Below, piece after piece: positions 24,364-33,160 of a DNA stretch of 64,000 bases. The notes under the pieces are model-generated. The model did not search any database. It was not told where the DNA came from and worked only from the letters and a program-made list of their open reading frames with translations. The stretch is from NCBI GenBank assembly GCA_030650425.1, contig JAUSED010000003.1, positions 199,903-263,902 on the forward strand, given 5' to 3'. This DNA is from Candidatus Omnitrophota bacterium. GTDB taxonomy: Bacteria > Omnitrophota > Gorgyraeia > Gygaellales > Profunditerraquicolaceae. Made by a program: the position numbers and the translations under genes. Position 1 is the stretch's first letter. Each line of letters begins with the position of its first letter.

Positions 24364-24438
24364 ATTTTAAGCTTATGTTATAGTTAATTTTAATAATTAA
24401 TATAGAGAGATCCTTCGCACCATTCGGGTGCTCAGGAT

Positions 24439-24461
24439 CAAATTTTGTTTCACAAAATTTG
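24439..24461. promoter_or_regulatory. perfect 10-bp inverted repeat CAAATTTTGT-ttc-ACAAAATTTG immediately upstream of the RBS of the OmpA-like gene
   Basis: Seen directly; ATG at 24473, SD-like gagagg at 24461-24466. Confidence 0.4.
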
Positions 24462-24472
24462 AGAGGTGAATT

Positions 24473-25129
24473 ATGAAAAATGCGATAAAGATTGGTTTAA
24501 TTGTCCTTATAGGTTTTTCATTAGCAGGTTGTACTTTTATCTTTCAGAGCGGCCGGCGTTCCGATAAACAGAAAATCGATGAGCTTTCACAACAATTAGA
24601 CGATCTCGCCCAAGCCAAAAAGCTGCTTGAAGACCGGCTGGGAAAAGAGATTAGCGATAACGAAGTAAAATTACAGATGATGGAAAAAGGCTTGGTCATT
24701 ACCGTCGTCGGAGACCTTCTTTTTGATTCCGGAAAAGCCAAAATCAAGCCCGGGGCGTATCCGCTTTTAGATAAGGTCGCCGCTGTCCTCAAAGATAACA
24801 TGGCTAGTTTTAATGTCGGCATAGAAGGCTATACCGATAACGTTCCGATTCAACATTCGAAGTGGAAATCCAATTGGGAGTTGTCCAGCGCGCGTTCTTT
24901 AAGCGTTCTACATTATCTGGTTAATAAAGAAGGCGTTTCTCCCGAGCGTCTTTCAGCTATTGGTTTTGGCGAGTTTCGCCCGGTTGCCTCTAATGATACA
25001 AAAGAAGGGCGTAAGCAAAATCGCAGAGTCGAAATTGTTATACAGCCCAAAGTAAGCAAGGTTAAAGATGGCGCGGCCGTAAAAAAAGAAGAAACAGAGC
25101 TTAATGAACCAAAAGAAAATCTTAAATAG
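24473..25129 (+). CDS. OmpA-family lipoprotein (peptidoglycan-binding OmpA/MotB C-domain)
   Basis: Lipobox LAGC; OmpA-C-like region NVGIEGYTDNVPI...SNWELSSARSLSV...NRRVEI. Confidence 0.7.
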   Translation: MKNAIKIGLIVLIGFSLAGCTFIFQSGRRSDKQKIDELSQQLDDLAQAKKLLEDRLGKEISDNEVKLQMMEKGLVITVVGDLLFDSGKAKIKPGAYPLLDKVAAVLKDNMASFNVGIEGYTDNVPIQHSKWKSNWELSSARSLSVLHYLVNKEGVSPERLSAIGFGEFRPVASNDTKEGRKQNRRVEIVIQPKVSKVKDGAAVKKEETELNEPKENLK

Positions 25130-25144
25130 CGGGTTAGTTCCAAG

Positions 25145-25170
25145 GTAGCGGACGTTTAAACGTCCGCTAC
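25145..25170. terminator. 26-nt perfect palindrome GTAGCGGACGTTT|AAACGTCCGCTAC downstream of the OmpA-like gene
   Basis: Seen directly; 13-bp arms, GC-rich. Confidence 0.4.
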
Positions 25171-25189
25171 TAAATATCCGATTAGTTAC

Positions 25190-25573
25190 GTGAAGTCTAT
25201 GGGAAAAAACAAGGTAGTAATAATATTAGCGGTCTTAGTGCTGGCGCTCTTGGTTTTTAATATAGGTTCATGTATTAATGCCTATAGCCAGAATTCCAAC
25301 CGTAAGAAGGAAATGTTCCAAAGAATGGATTTGGAAGAGAAAATGGCTAAGGCTGTTCAGGAGAATGCCAGCATTGCCGCGAAATTTAAGGAACTCCAGA
25401 AACAGTTGGATGACGAAAAGGCAAATTTTCAGGCGGCAAAGAGGGCATTAACTCAAGAACAATTGGTGAATGACAGCCTTAAGGAAGAGTTGCAGAATTT
25501 GACCAAGGTTAAAGCGGCCTTAGAGGAAGAGCTTAAAAAAGAAACGGTAAACACAAAAAAGGCTAGGAAATGA
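25190..25573 (+). CDS. hypothetical membrane-anchored coiled-coil protein
   Basis: N-terminal TM helix, then a Q/E/K-rich heptad-like sequence. Confidence 0.4.
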   Translation: MKSMGKNKVVIILAVLVLALLVFNIGSCINAYSQNSNRKKEMFQRMDLEEKMAKAVQENASIAAKFKELQKQLDDEKANFQAAKRALTQEQLVNDSLKEELQNLTKVKAALEEELKKETVNTKKARK

Positions 25574-25612
25574 AATAGGGGGTAAGATAAAGGACAGTCC
25601 ATACAGTTCTTT

Positions 25613-25641
25613 GAAAAAGGGGAGATATATCCCCTTTTTTA
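25613..25641 (+). terminator. rho-independent terminator (AAAAGGGGA-loop-TCCCCTTTTTT)
   Basis: GC stem plus T-run directly after the 25573 stop. Confidence 0.6.
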
Positions 25642-25650
25642 TTAGCAAAG

Positions 25651-26619
25651 ATGGAGGCAGGCATGGTCAGAGTAAAGAAAGCAAAAAAAGTTGTGGTTAA
25701 GAAAACGCGTTCGACTAATAACCGGATAAGGATAATCAAAGCCAAAACCGGCCTAAGGACGGAGACAGGTAAGGTTAGTCTTGGGGTTCAGGAGCTCAGT
25801 GTTGGAACAACGAAGTTTTCTAATCCGGAAATCCAGCGTTTGCCTAAAACTTTTTCCCGTGAGTTGCCTTCTGGTTACGGAGTGGATAAAATGGCCCTCT
25901 TGGTACGCGACCCATGGTGGCTTTATACCTATTGGGAGATAAAACAGGAGACCGTGGAGAGGCTAAAATCCGAACTCAAAGATGAATTTTATATAGCCAA
26001 GCGGGTACTCAGGGTCTATGACGTGACCAATATTATTTTTAACGGCTCTAACGCTAACCATTTTTTTGATATCCAGATACACGAATTTGCCAATAATTGG
26101 TATATTGACGCCGGCTCCCCGGGAAAAAGCTGGTGTGTGGATTTAGGCCTAAAATTAAGCGACGGAAGATTCATCACTATACTGCGTTCTAATGTCGTGC
26201 AGACGCCGCTGGATGGGCCGTCAGAGATTACGGATGAAGAGTGGATGATTCCTGATGATATGTTTGCTCGTCTTTACGGTATGGGTTTTGGATTAGGGAG
26301 GAGTTCGCCCGTAGGTAAGGCCTGGCGGGAAAGAATGATCAGTTCTCCCGGGATAGCCTCGATGGCCAGCCCGGTAAAGAAAGCGCAGAAGAGAGGTTTT
26401 TGGCTAAGAGTTGATTGCGAGCTGATTGTTTACGGCGCGACTGTTCCCGACGCAAAAGTTACTGTGCAGGGAAAAGCGATAAACTTAAGGCCGGATGGCA
26501 CGTTCACTTTGCGTTTTGCCTTGCCTGACGGAAAACAAGTGATTCCGGTTAAGGCAGTATCCGCGGATAAAGTAGAAGAGCGCGTGATTACGCCTATCGT
26601 TACGAGAGAGACTAAATAA
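25651..26619 (+). CDS. hypothetical protein co-located with GH57 (possibly DUF4912-type)
   Basis: DKMALLVRDPWWLYTYWEI block; ends 1 nt before the GH57 gene. The family name is from memory and uncertain. Confidence 0.35.
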   Translation: MEAGMVRVKKAKKVVVKKTRSTNNRIRIIKAKTGLRTETGKVSLGVQELSVGTTKFSNPEIQRLPKTFSRELPSGYGVDKMALLVRDPWWLYTYWEIKQETVERLKSELKDEFYIAKRVLRVYDVTNIIFNGSNANHFFDIQIHEFANNWYIDAGSPGKSWCVDLGLKLSDGRFITILRSNVVQTPLDGPSEITDEEWMIPDDMFARLYGMGFGLGRSSPVGKAWRERMISSPGIASMASPVKKAQKRGFWLRVDCELIVYGATVPDAKVTVQGKAINLRPDGTFTLRFALPDGKQVIPVKAVSADKVEERVITPIVTRETK

Positions 26620-26620
26620 A

Positions 26621-28201
26621 ATGCATAAAGGATATCTTTGCTTAGTTTTGCACGGCCATCTTCCATACGTACGTCATCCCGAGCACGAAGATTTTCTGGA
26701 AGAAGACTGGCTTTATGAAGCAATCACCGAGACCTATGTTCCGTTGATCATGGTATTCGAAAGGCTGGCGAGCGACCGGATAGATTTTCGCCTGACCATG
26801 ACTTTAAGCCCGACATTGATTTCGATGTTAGGCGATCCCTTGCTTCAGGAGAGGTATTTAAAACATATCAATAGGCTTATTGAATTAGCGCATAGAGAAA
26901 TAGAGCGGACCCGTTGGCAACCTGAATTTCATCATTTGGCGCTGATGTATTTGTCCGAGTTTTCTAAGGCCCGGGATACTTTTGTAAGGTATAACCGGAA
27001 TTTAGTAAACGCTTTTAAGAATTTTCAGGATTTAGGAAAATTGGAAATCATTACCTGCGGCGCGACCCACGGTTATTTTCCGCTGATGGACGTGCATAGG
27101 GAATCAGTCAGGGCGCAGGTTAAGGTTGCCGTAAGCCATTACGAGAGTGTTTTTGGGAGAAAACCAAAAGGAATCTGGCTTCCTGAATGCGGTTATTATC
27201 CGGGACAGGATGGGATACTGAAGGAAGCAGGGATACGCTATTTTTTCTCGGATTCCCATGGGGTATTGCACGGAACCCCTCGTCCCAAATACGGCGTATT
27301 TGCCCCGGTCTATTGTAAAGGTACGGGAGTTGCTTGCTTTGCCAGGGATTTGGAATCGTCAAAGCAGGTCTGGTCGTCGATAGAAGGTTATCCCGGAGAT
27401 TATAATTACCGCGAATTTTACCGCGATATAGGTTTTGATTTGGAATATGATTATATCAGGCCTTACATTCATCCGGATGGAGTGAGAATCAATACCGGAA
27501 TCAAATATTACCGGATTACCGGTTCAGGCAATAACAAAGAAGCATATGTCCCGCATTGGGCGCAAAGTAAGGCGGCAGAGCAGGCAGGTAACTTTATGTT
27601 TAACCGCCAGAAGCAGGCGGCATATCTTTATGATTTTATGCAGAAAAAGCCGATCATTGTTTCGCCGTATGACGCGGAATTATTCGGCCACTGGTGGTAT
27701 GAAGGCCCAATGTGGCTGGAATTTTTGATTAGAAAGATTGCTTGCGATCAGGATGAACTCCGCCTGATTACGCCTTCGGAATATTTAGAGGAGAATCCGC
27801 GCAATCAAGTAATTACACCGTCAATGTCCAGCTGGGGGTGGAAGGGTTACAGTGAAATGTGGCTGCAGGGCTCAAATGATTGGATCTACCGGCATCTGCA
27901 TATTGCCTCGGAAAAAATGACGGGTTTAGCTAAAAGTTATTCCGAGGTCAACGGTTTAACCAAGAGGGCGTTGAATCAGGCCCTACGTGAATTATTATTG
28001 GCTCAGAGTTCTGATTGGGCGTTTATATTGGGCACAGGTACGCATACGGAATACGCTTTACGCCGCACCAAAGATCATCTCTTAAGGTTTAACCGGCTTT
28101 ACGAAGAGTTGAATTCGAACTCCATCGATGAAGCATGGCTGGCGGATATAGAATACAAAGACAACATTTTCCCCGGGATAGATTATCGCCTACACCAATA
28201 G
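26621..28201 (+). CDS. glycoside hydrolase family 57 protein, 1,4-alpha-glucan branching-enzyme type
   Basis: LCLVLHGHLPYVRHPE...LYEAITETYVPLI is the characteristic GH57 N-terminus. ~520 aa with a DUF1957-like C-terminal part. Confidence 0.8.
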   Translation: MHKGYLCLVLHGHLPYVRHPEHEDFLEEDWLYEAITETYVPLIMVFERLASDRIDFRLTMTLSPTLISMLGDPLLQERYLKHINRLIELAHREIERTRWQPEFHHLALMYLSEFSKARDTFVRYNRNLVNAFKNFQDLGKLEIITCGATHGYFPLMDVHRESVRAQVKVAVSHYESVFGRKPKGIWLPECGYYPGQDGILKEAGIRYFFSDSHGVLHGTPRPKYGVFAPVYCKGTGVACFARDLESSKQVWSSIEGYPGDYNYREFYRDIGFDLEYDYIRPYIHPDGVRINTGIKYYRITGSGNNKEAYVPHWAQSKAAEQAGNFMFNRQKQAAYLYDFMQKKPIIVSPYDAELFGHWWYEGPMWLEFLIRKIACDQDELRLITPSEYLEENPRNQVITPSMSSWGWKGYSEMWLQGSNDWIYRHLHIASEKMTGLAKSYSEVNGLTKRALNQALRELLLAQSSDWAFILGTGTHTEYALRRTKDHLLRFNRLYEELNSNSIDEAWLADIEYKDNIFPGIDYRLHQ

Positions 28202-28216
28202 GTATGTTTGGTTTTA

Positions 28217-28267
28217 GGTGTTAGGTGTTAGGTTTTTTCAATTACCGATAACCTAGAACCTAGAACC
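28217..28267. repeat. intergenic imperfect inverted repeat (GGTGTTAGGTGTTAGGTT ... AACCTAGAACCTAGAACC), itself built of 7-nt direct repeats
   Basis: Seen directly between the GH57 stop and the uppS start; 16/18 pairing including G-U. Confidence 0.45.
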
Positions 28268-28279
28268 AAAATCATCTAT

Positions 28280-28990
28280 ATGATTGATAAAAACAATATT
28301 CCTCAACACATCGCGATAATCATGGACGGGAATGGCCGCTGGGCCGAGGCGCGCGGATTGCCGCGTACCGCGGGGCACCGGGAAGGGGCAAAAAGGGTTA
28401 AAGAGATTGTCAAGGCTGCGCGGGAATTAGGGGTCAAAGTAGTTACATTTTTTGCTTTTTCTTCCGAGAATTGGTCAAGGCCAAAGAGGGAGATTAATTT
28501 TTTGATGAGGTATCTGGATAATTTTTTGGTTCGAGAGATAAAAGATATGGATAAAAACAATATCCGTTTTTTGAGCATAGGCAGGGATGAGCCGCTCCCT
28601 TTAGCTATCCAGAAAAGGATAAAAGAGGCAGAAGCTAAGACAAGAGATAATACCGGACTTACGGTTGTTTTAGCATTCAATTACGGATCCCGGCAGGAGA
28701 TAGTGGACGCCGCCAAGAAATTCGCCGGAGAGGTTATTTCTTCCAAAACGGATTTAAATGCTTTGGACGAAGGAATGTTTAGCCGTTACCTTTATACGGA
28801 TAAGTTGCCTGATCCGGATCTCTTAATCCGCACAAGCGCCGAGTTGCGCGTCAGTAATTTCTTGCTTTGGCAGCTTGCTTACGCGGAGCTGTATTTCCCC
28901 AAAAAATTTTGGCCGGATTTCAAGGCCGATGATTTAAAGGAAGCGATAGAAGAATACCAGTCGCGTAAAAGAAGGTTCGGGGGTATATAA
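28280..28990 (+). CDS. uppS: undecaprenyl diphosphate synthase
   Basis: HIAIIMDGNGRWA; FSSENWSRP. Confidence 0.9.
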   Translation: MIDKNNIPQHIAIIMDGNGRWAEARGLPRTAGHREGAKRVKEIVKAARELGVKVVTFFAFSSENWSRPKREINFLMRYLDNFLVREIKDMDKNNIRFLSIGRDEPLPLAIQKRIKEAEAKTRDNTGLTVVLAFNYGSRQEIVDAAKKFAGEVISSKTDLNALDEGMFSRYLYTDKLPDPDLLIRTSAELRVSNFLLWQLAYAELYFPKKFWPDFKADDLKEAIEEYQSRKRRFGGI

Positions 28991-28993
28991 AAT

Positions 28994-29788
28994 ATGTTTG
29001 CCAAAAGGATAATCACCTCTATTTTACTGATCGCTATGATTATCGGCGTGATTTTTATCGATTGGCTCTGCGGTTTGGTGGTTACTCTTTTTATTATCGG
29101 CGGATTATATGAATTCTTTTCTATGCTTGATAAAAAAGGGATAAGCGCCTATAAATATTTTGGCATAGGTTTAGGGATGGTCATACCGCTTTCGATTATG
29201 CGGGGTTTTGAGCTCACCCGTGGCTGGGAGTTCCTCTTTATCGTTTTAGCTTTATTGTTTCTTATCCTTATGCAGTTCAAGCGCAGGAAAAATTCAGGCG
29301 CGATCGTGGATATCTCGACTACCATCTTTGGGATAATCTATGTTTCCTGGTTTTTCAGTTTTTTGATAAAAATCAGGTACCTCGAGGGAGGGCTGGGATT
29401 GCTCGCGGCAGTCTTATTGATCACCAAAGCAGGGGATATCGGGGCGTATCTAGTGGGCAGCCGTTTTGGCCGGACTGCGCTTTTACCGCGCATAAGCCCG
29501 AAAAAAACTATTGAAGGTTCACTCGGAGGGTTGGTTTTTAATATACTTACGGCGCTGGCCTGCAAGCCGTTTTTGGGGTTCGGCTATTTTCATCTGATTG
29601 TCTTGGCTCTCGCTATGGGTGTACTGGGCCAGTTAGGGGATCTTTCCGAATCTTTGATTAAGCGCGACTGTGAAGTAAAGGATTCAGGAAGAATATTCCC
29701 CGGTATGGGTGGGGTATTGGATGAGATTGACAGCCTGCTTTTTGTCGCTCCGGTCTTTTATTTTTATATGAGCGTAGCCCTGAGATGA
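28994..29788 (+). CDS. cdsA: phosphatidate cytidylyltransferase
   Basis: Multi-TM; C-terminal SESLIKRDCEVKDSGRIFPGMGGVLDEIDSLLF, the CdsA signature. Confidence 0.8.
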   Translation: MFAKRIITSILLIAMIIGVIFIDWLCGLVVTLFIIGGLYEFFSMLDKKGISAYKYFGIGLGMVIPLSIMRGFELTRGWEFLFIVLALLFLILMQFKRRKNSGAIVDISTTIFGIIYVSWFFSFLIKIRYLEGGLGLLAAVLLITKAGDIGAYLVGSRFGRTALLPRISPKKTIEGSLGGLVFNILTALACKPFLGFGYFHLIVLALAMGVLGQLGDLSESLIKRDCEVKDSGRIFPGMGGVLDEIDSLLFVAPVFYFYMSVALR

Positions 29789-30939
29789 AGAATATCGCGA
29801 TTCTCGGCGCCACCGGTTCAATCGGAGAGAGCGCGCTTAAGGTAATCCGTAATTTTCCCGATAAATTCAGAGTAGTGGCTTTAAGCGCTAATGCGGACAT
29901 CGATAAATTAAATGAACGGATAAAAGAATTTAAGCCGTTTTCTGTTGGCGTGAATGATTGCTCAAGGGCGCTCGCTCTTTCTAAAATGGTCAAGCCCGGA
30001 GTAAGGGTCTTTGCCGGCTCCGCGGGCTTAGTGGAGTTAGTAAAAGATAAACGTATCGACCAGATTTTATTTGCCATAAGCGGCGCAGGGGCGCTTATGC
30101 CGTTACTGAGCGCGATAGAGAGCGGTAAGCATATCGCCTTAGCGAATAAAGAAGCCTTGGTAATGGCTGGGCCGCTAATCATGCGTTTAAGCGGGAAGAA
30201 GAACGCGCGGATTATACCCGTTGATAGCGAACAGTCGGCTATTTGGCAGTGCCTTAAAACCGAAGATGGCCGCTCACTAAAAAATATTTATCTTACTGCT
30301 TCAGGCGGGCCTTTACGCAAATTGAATAAGCAGGCCTTAAAAGAGATTCGCTTAAAAGAAGTGCTCAAGCATCCTCGGTGGAAGATGGGGAAGAAGATTA
30401 GTGTAGATTCAGCGACGCTGATGAATAAAGGTTTGGAATTGTTAGAGGCGATGTTCTTATTTAACGTAGATATATCTAAAATCAAAGTTTTAGTCCACCC
30501 AGAGGCCCTGGTTCATTCGATGGTCGAGTTTATTGACGGGGTAATTATCGGGCAGCTTTCGATTACGGATATGCGCATTCCTATTCAATACGCCCTTTCC
30601 TATCCGCAAAGATTAGAAAGTAAACTGGGCGGCATAGATTTCTGTAAAGTGGGAGCGCTGCATTTTGAACAACCGGATATGGTGAAATTTCCCTGTTTAG
30701 GTTTAGCCTATGAAGCTGCCAGAAAGCTGGGGACTTTGCCTTGTGTTTTAAATGCCGCCAATGAGGTTGCTGTTTGGGAATTTCTGCGAGAGAAGTTGAG
30801 ATTTATTGATATAGCGGAAGTAGTGGAAAAGGTAATGCGCAGCCACGTAAATAATCCTAAGCCCGCGCTGCGCGATATTTGGGAAGCGGATAGCTGGGCG
30901 AGGATAGAGGCGCGTAAGATAATTAGGAGATTAAACTAA
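29785..30939 (+). CDS. dxr: 1-deoxy-D-xylulose 5-phosphate reductoisomerase
   Basis: IAILGATGSIGESALKVI; LANKEALV; PVDSEQSAIWQCL. Confidence 0.9.
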   Translation: MKNIAILGATGSIGESALKVIRNFPDKFRVVALSANADIDKLNERIKEFKPFSVGVNDCSRALALSKMVKPGVRVFAGSAGLVELVKDKRIDQILFAISGAGALMPLLSAIESGKHIALANKEALVMAGPLIMRLSGKKNARIIPVDSEQSAIWQCLKTEDGRSLKNIYLTASGGPLRKLNKQALKEIRLKEVLKHPRWKMGKKISVDSATLMNKGLELLEAMFLFNVDISKIKVLVHPEALVHSMVEFIDGVIIGQLSITDMRIPIQYALSYPQRLESKLGGIDFCKVGALHFEQPDMVKFPCLGLAYEAARKLGTLPCVLNAANEVAVWEFLREKLRFIDIAEVVEKVMRSHVNNPKPALRDIWEADSWARIEARKIIRRLN

Positions 30940-30942
30940 CCG

Positions 30943-32022
30943 ATGTTTAGCTTACTTGTATTTTTCTTTATTTTAAGCGTTTTAATCGTTGTCCATGAAT
31001 TCGGGCATTTTATTGTCGCTAAGAAAATAGGCGTGCGCGTCGAGCAGTTCTCTTTGGGATTCGGAAAGGCGCTTTTTAAGAAGAAGAGCAAGGGAACGGA
31101 ATATAGCCTAAGCGCGATTCCCTTAGGCGGATTTGTGAAGCTTGCCGGAGATAATTTAGAGGAATACAAAGGTAAGCCTGATGAATATTTTTCCAAGCCG
31201 CCGGGAAAACGTTTCTGGATAATCTTTTTTGGGCCGTTATTAAATTATGTTTTGGGGATTTTACTTTTTTGGTTGATTTTTTTTGTAGGTTATCCCACGC
31301 TTACCACTAAAATAGGGAGCCTGATTGATAATTTCGGGGCTAAAGAAGCGGGGCTGGCAGTCGGAGATAAGATTATGGCTATCGACGGCCAAAAAACAGA
31401 AAATTGGGAAGACCTGCAGAAGATTATTTATGCGAAGAAACAGGCCGAAACAGTAAATGTTTCTTTCTTAAGAGAGGGGAAGGAATTAACCGCTAATGTC
31501 AGGCTTAAGCAAAAGGTTCTGGAGGATACAGTAGGGCAGAAACGTAAGCTTAGCCTGCTTGGGATTACCCCTAGCGATGAAATTATCAAGGTGAGGCACG
31601 GCTTTTTTGAGTCATTCGGTTTAGGTTTGGCTAAAGCCTGGGATTTGACCGTCATTACCTATATAGCTCTTGGCCGTTTGGTTACCGGAAGCCTGTCTAT
31701 GCGCGAGTCGATGACCGGGCCGCTGGGTATATTTTTCATTACTTCCAAAGCCGCTCAACTTGGCCCGATTGCCATAGTCCATTTAATGGCGGTTTTGTCT
31801 TTGAGCTTGGCAATTTTTAATCTTTTGCCTCTGCCTATACTCGATGGAGGCCATATCGCGCTTTTAGCTTTGGAAAAGATAAGAGGAAAATTATTAAGTA
31901 TTAAAACCGAAGAGGTGATTAATAAAATAGGGCTTTCTTTTATTATCTTATTGGTAGTCTTGGTTACTTATAATGATATCGTCAGGAACTTCGGGGATAA
32001 AATCTCCAAATTTATAAAATAA
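30943..32022 (+). CDS. rseP: RIP zinc metalloprotease (site-2 protease)
   Basis: HEFGHFIVAKK HExxH in TM1; PDZ-like middle; LPLPILDGGH. Confidence 0.8.
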   Translation: MFSLLVFFFILSVLIVVHEFGHFIVAKKIGVRVEQFSLGFGKALFKKKSKGTEYSLSAIPLGGFVKLAGDNLEEYKGKPDEYFSKPPGKRFWIIFFGPLLNYVLGILLFWLIFFVGYPTLTTKIGSLIDNFGAKEAGLAVGDKIMAIDGQKTENWEDLQKIIYAKKQAETVNVSFLREGKELTANVRLKQKVLEDTVGQKRKLSLLGITPSDEIIKVRHGFFESFGLGLAKAWDLTVITYIALGRLVTGSLSMRESMTGPLGIFFITSKAAQLGPIAIVHLMAVLSLSLAIFNLLPLPILDGGHIALLALEKIRGKLLSIKTEEVINKIGLSFIILLVVLVTYNDIVRNFGDKISKFIK

Positions 32023-32024
32023 CT

Positions 32025-33098
32025 ATGCGGATTAAGAGAAGAAAATCAAGGGTGGTAAAAATAGGCAGGGTTGCAATCGGAGGAAGCCATCCGGTGGCTA
32101 TCCAGTCGATGGTCAAATATAAGACTTCTGATCTTGACCGGGTCAAGCGGCAAATCCGGGAATTGGAAGGCGCTGGCTGCGAGATCGTGCGGCTGGCAAT
32201 TAAAGATACGCAGGATGCCCGCGCGTTAAAAAAGATTAAAAAAGAGGTAAAAATTCCGGTCGTCGCGGATATCCACTTTGATTACCGTCTGGCGCTTGAA
32301 GCAATCGATAGCGGGGTGGATAAGATCAGGCTTAACCCGGGGAATATTTATAAAAAAGAAGAGATCAGGGAAGTGGTCGCCGGGCTTAAAGCGGCAAAAA
32401 TCCCGTTAAGGATCGGGTTAAATTCAGGTTCAGTAAAAGAGGCGCGCTCTAAAAATATGCCGGATAGGTTGGTCGAGAGCGCGCTTAGTTACCTAAAAAT
32501 AATCGAAGGTTTTAAATTCCGCGATATAGTCGTATCTTTAAAAGCCTCGAATGTTTTGGATACGGTGAGCGCTTATCAAAAACTTGCCCGGCTTTGTGAT
32601 TATCCTCTGCACCTGGGAGTTACGGCTACAGGGTCGCCTTTTAGCGGCGCGATAAAGTCAAGTATCGCTTTAGGGGCTTTACTATTAGAGGGGATTGGTG
32701 ATACAATAAGGGTATCCCTGACAGATACTCCTGCCAGGGAAGTTTATAGCGCCAAAGTTATTTTAGAGTCGCTGTATTTACGTAAGTTCGGGCATACTTT
32801 GATCAGTTGCCCTACCTGCGGCCGCTGCGAAGTGGATTTAGTAAAATTAGTGAGAGAATTGGAAGATAAACTTCAGATGCCAAGCTTCAAGCTTCAAGCT
32901 AGGCCGCTGCAAGTGGCCGTGATGGGCTGCGTAGTCAATGGCCCGGGTGAAGCTAAGGAAGCTGATATCGGCATAGCCTTTGGCAGAAACGAAGGCCTTT
33001 TATTTAAAGGTGGGAAACCTGTAAGAAAGGTTCCTTTTGATAAGTGCGTAGGTGTGTTGATAGAAGAAATATCGAAGAGGACAGAGGATAGAGGATAG
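32025..33098 (+). CDS. ispG: 4-hydroxy-3-methylbut-2-en-1-yl diphosphate synthase
   Basis: VKIGRVAIGGSHPVAIQSM; C-terminal CPTCGRC plus GCVVNGPGE. Confidence 0.9.
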   Translation: MRIKRRKSRVVKIGRVAIGGSHPVAIQSMVKYKTSDLDRVKRQIRELEGAGCEIVRLAIKDTQDARALKKIKKEVKIPVVADIHFDYRLALEAIDSGVDKIRLNPGNIYKKEEIREVVAGLKAAKIPLRIGLNSGSVKEARSKNMPDRLVESALSYLKIIEGFKFRDIVVSLKASNVLDTVSAYQKLARLCDYPLHLGVTATGSPFSGAIKSSIALGALLLEGIGDTIRVSLTDTPAREVYSAKVILESLYLRKFGHTLISCPTCGRCEVDLVKLVRELEDKLQMPSFKLQARPLQVAVMGCVVNGPGEAKEADIGIAFGRNEGLLFKGGKPVRKVPFDKCVGVLIEEISKRTEDRG

Positions 33099-33099
33099 A

Positions 33100-33141
33100 G
33101 GACAGAATAAGATTTTTCTGTTATCTGTATTCTGTTTTCTT
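33100..33141 (+). terminator. candidate rho-independent terminator after ispG (ACAGAATA ... TATTCTGT + TTTCTT)
   Basis: Inverted repeat 33102-33109/33128-33135 followed by a T-run; embedded in (GGATAGA/GGACAGA)n repeat. Confidence 0.45.
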
Positions 33142-33160
33142 CCGAGCGAAGCGAGGAAAC

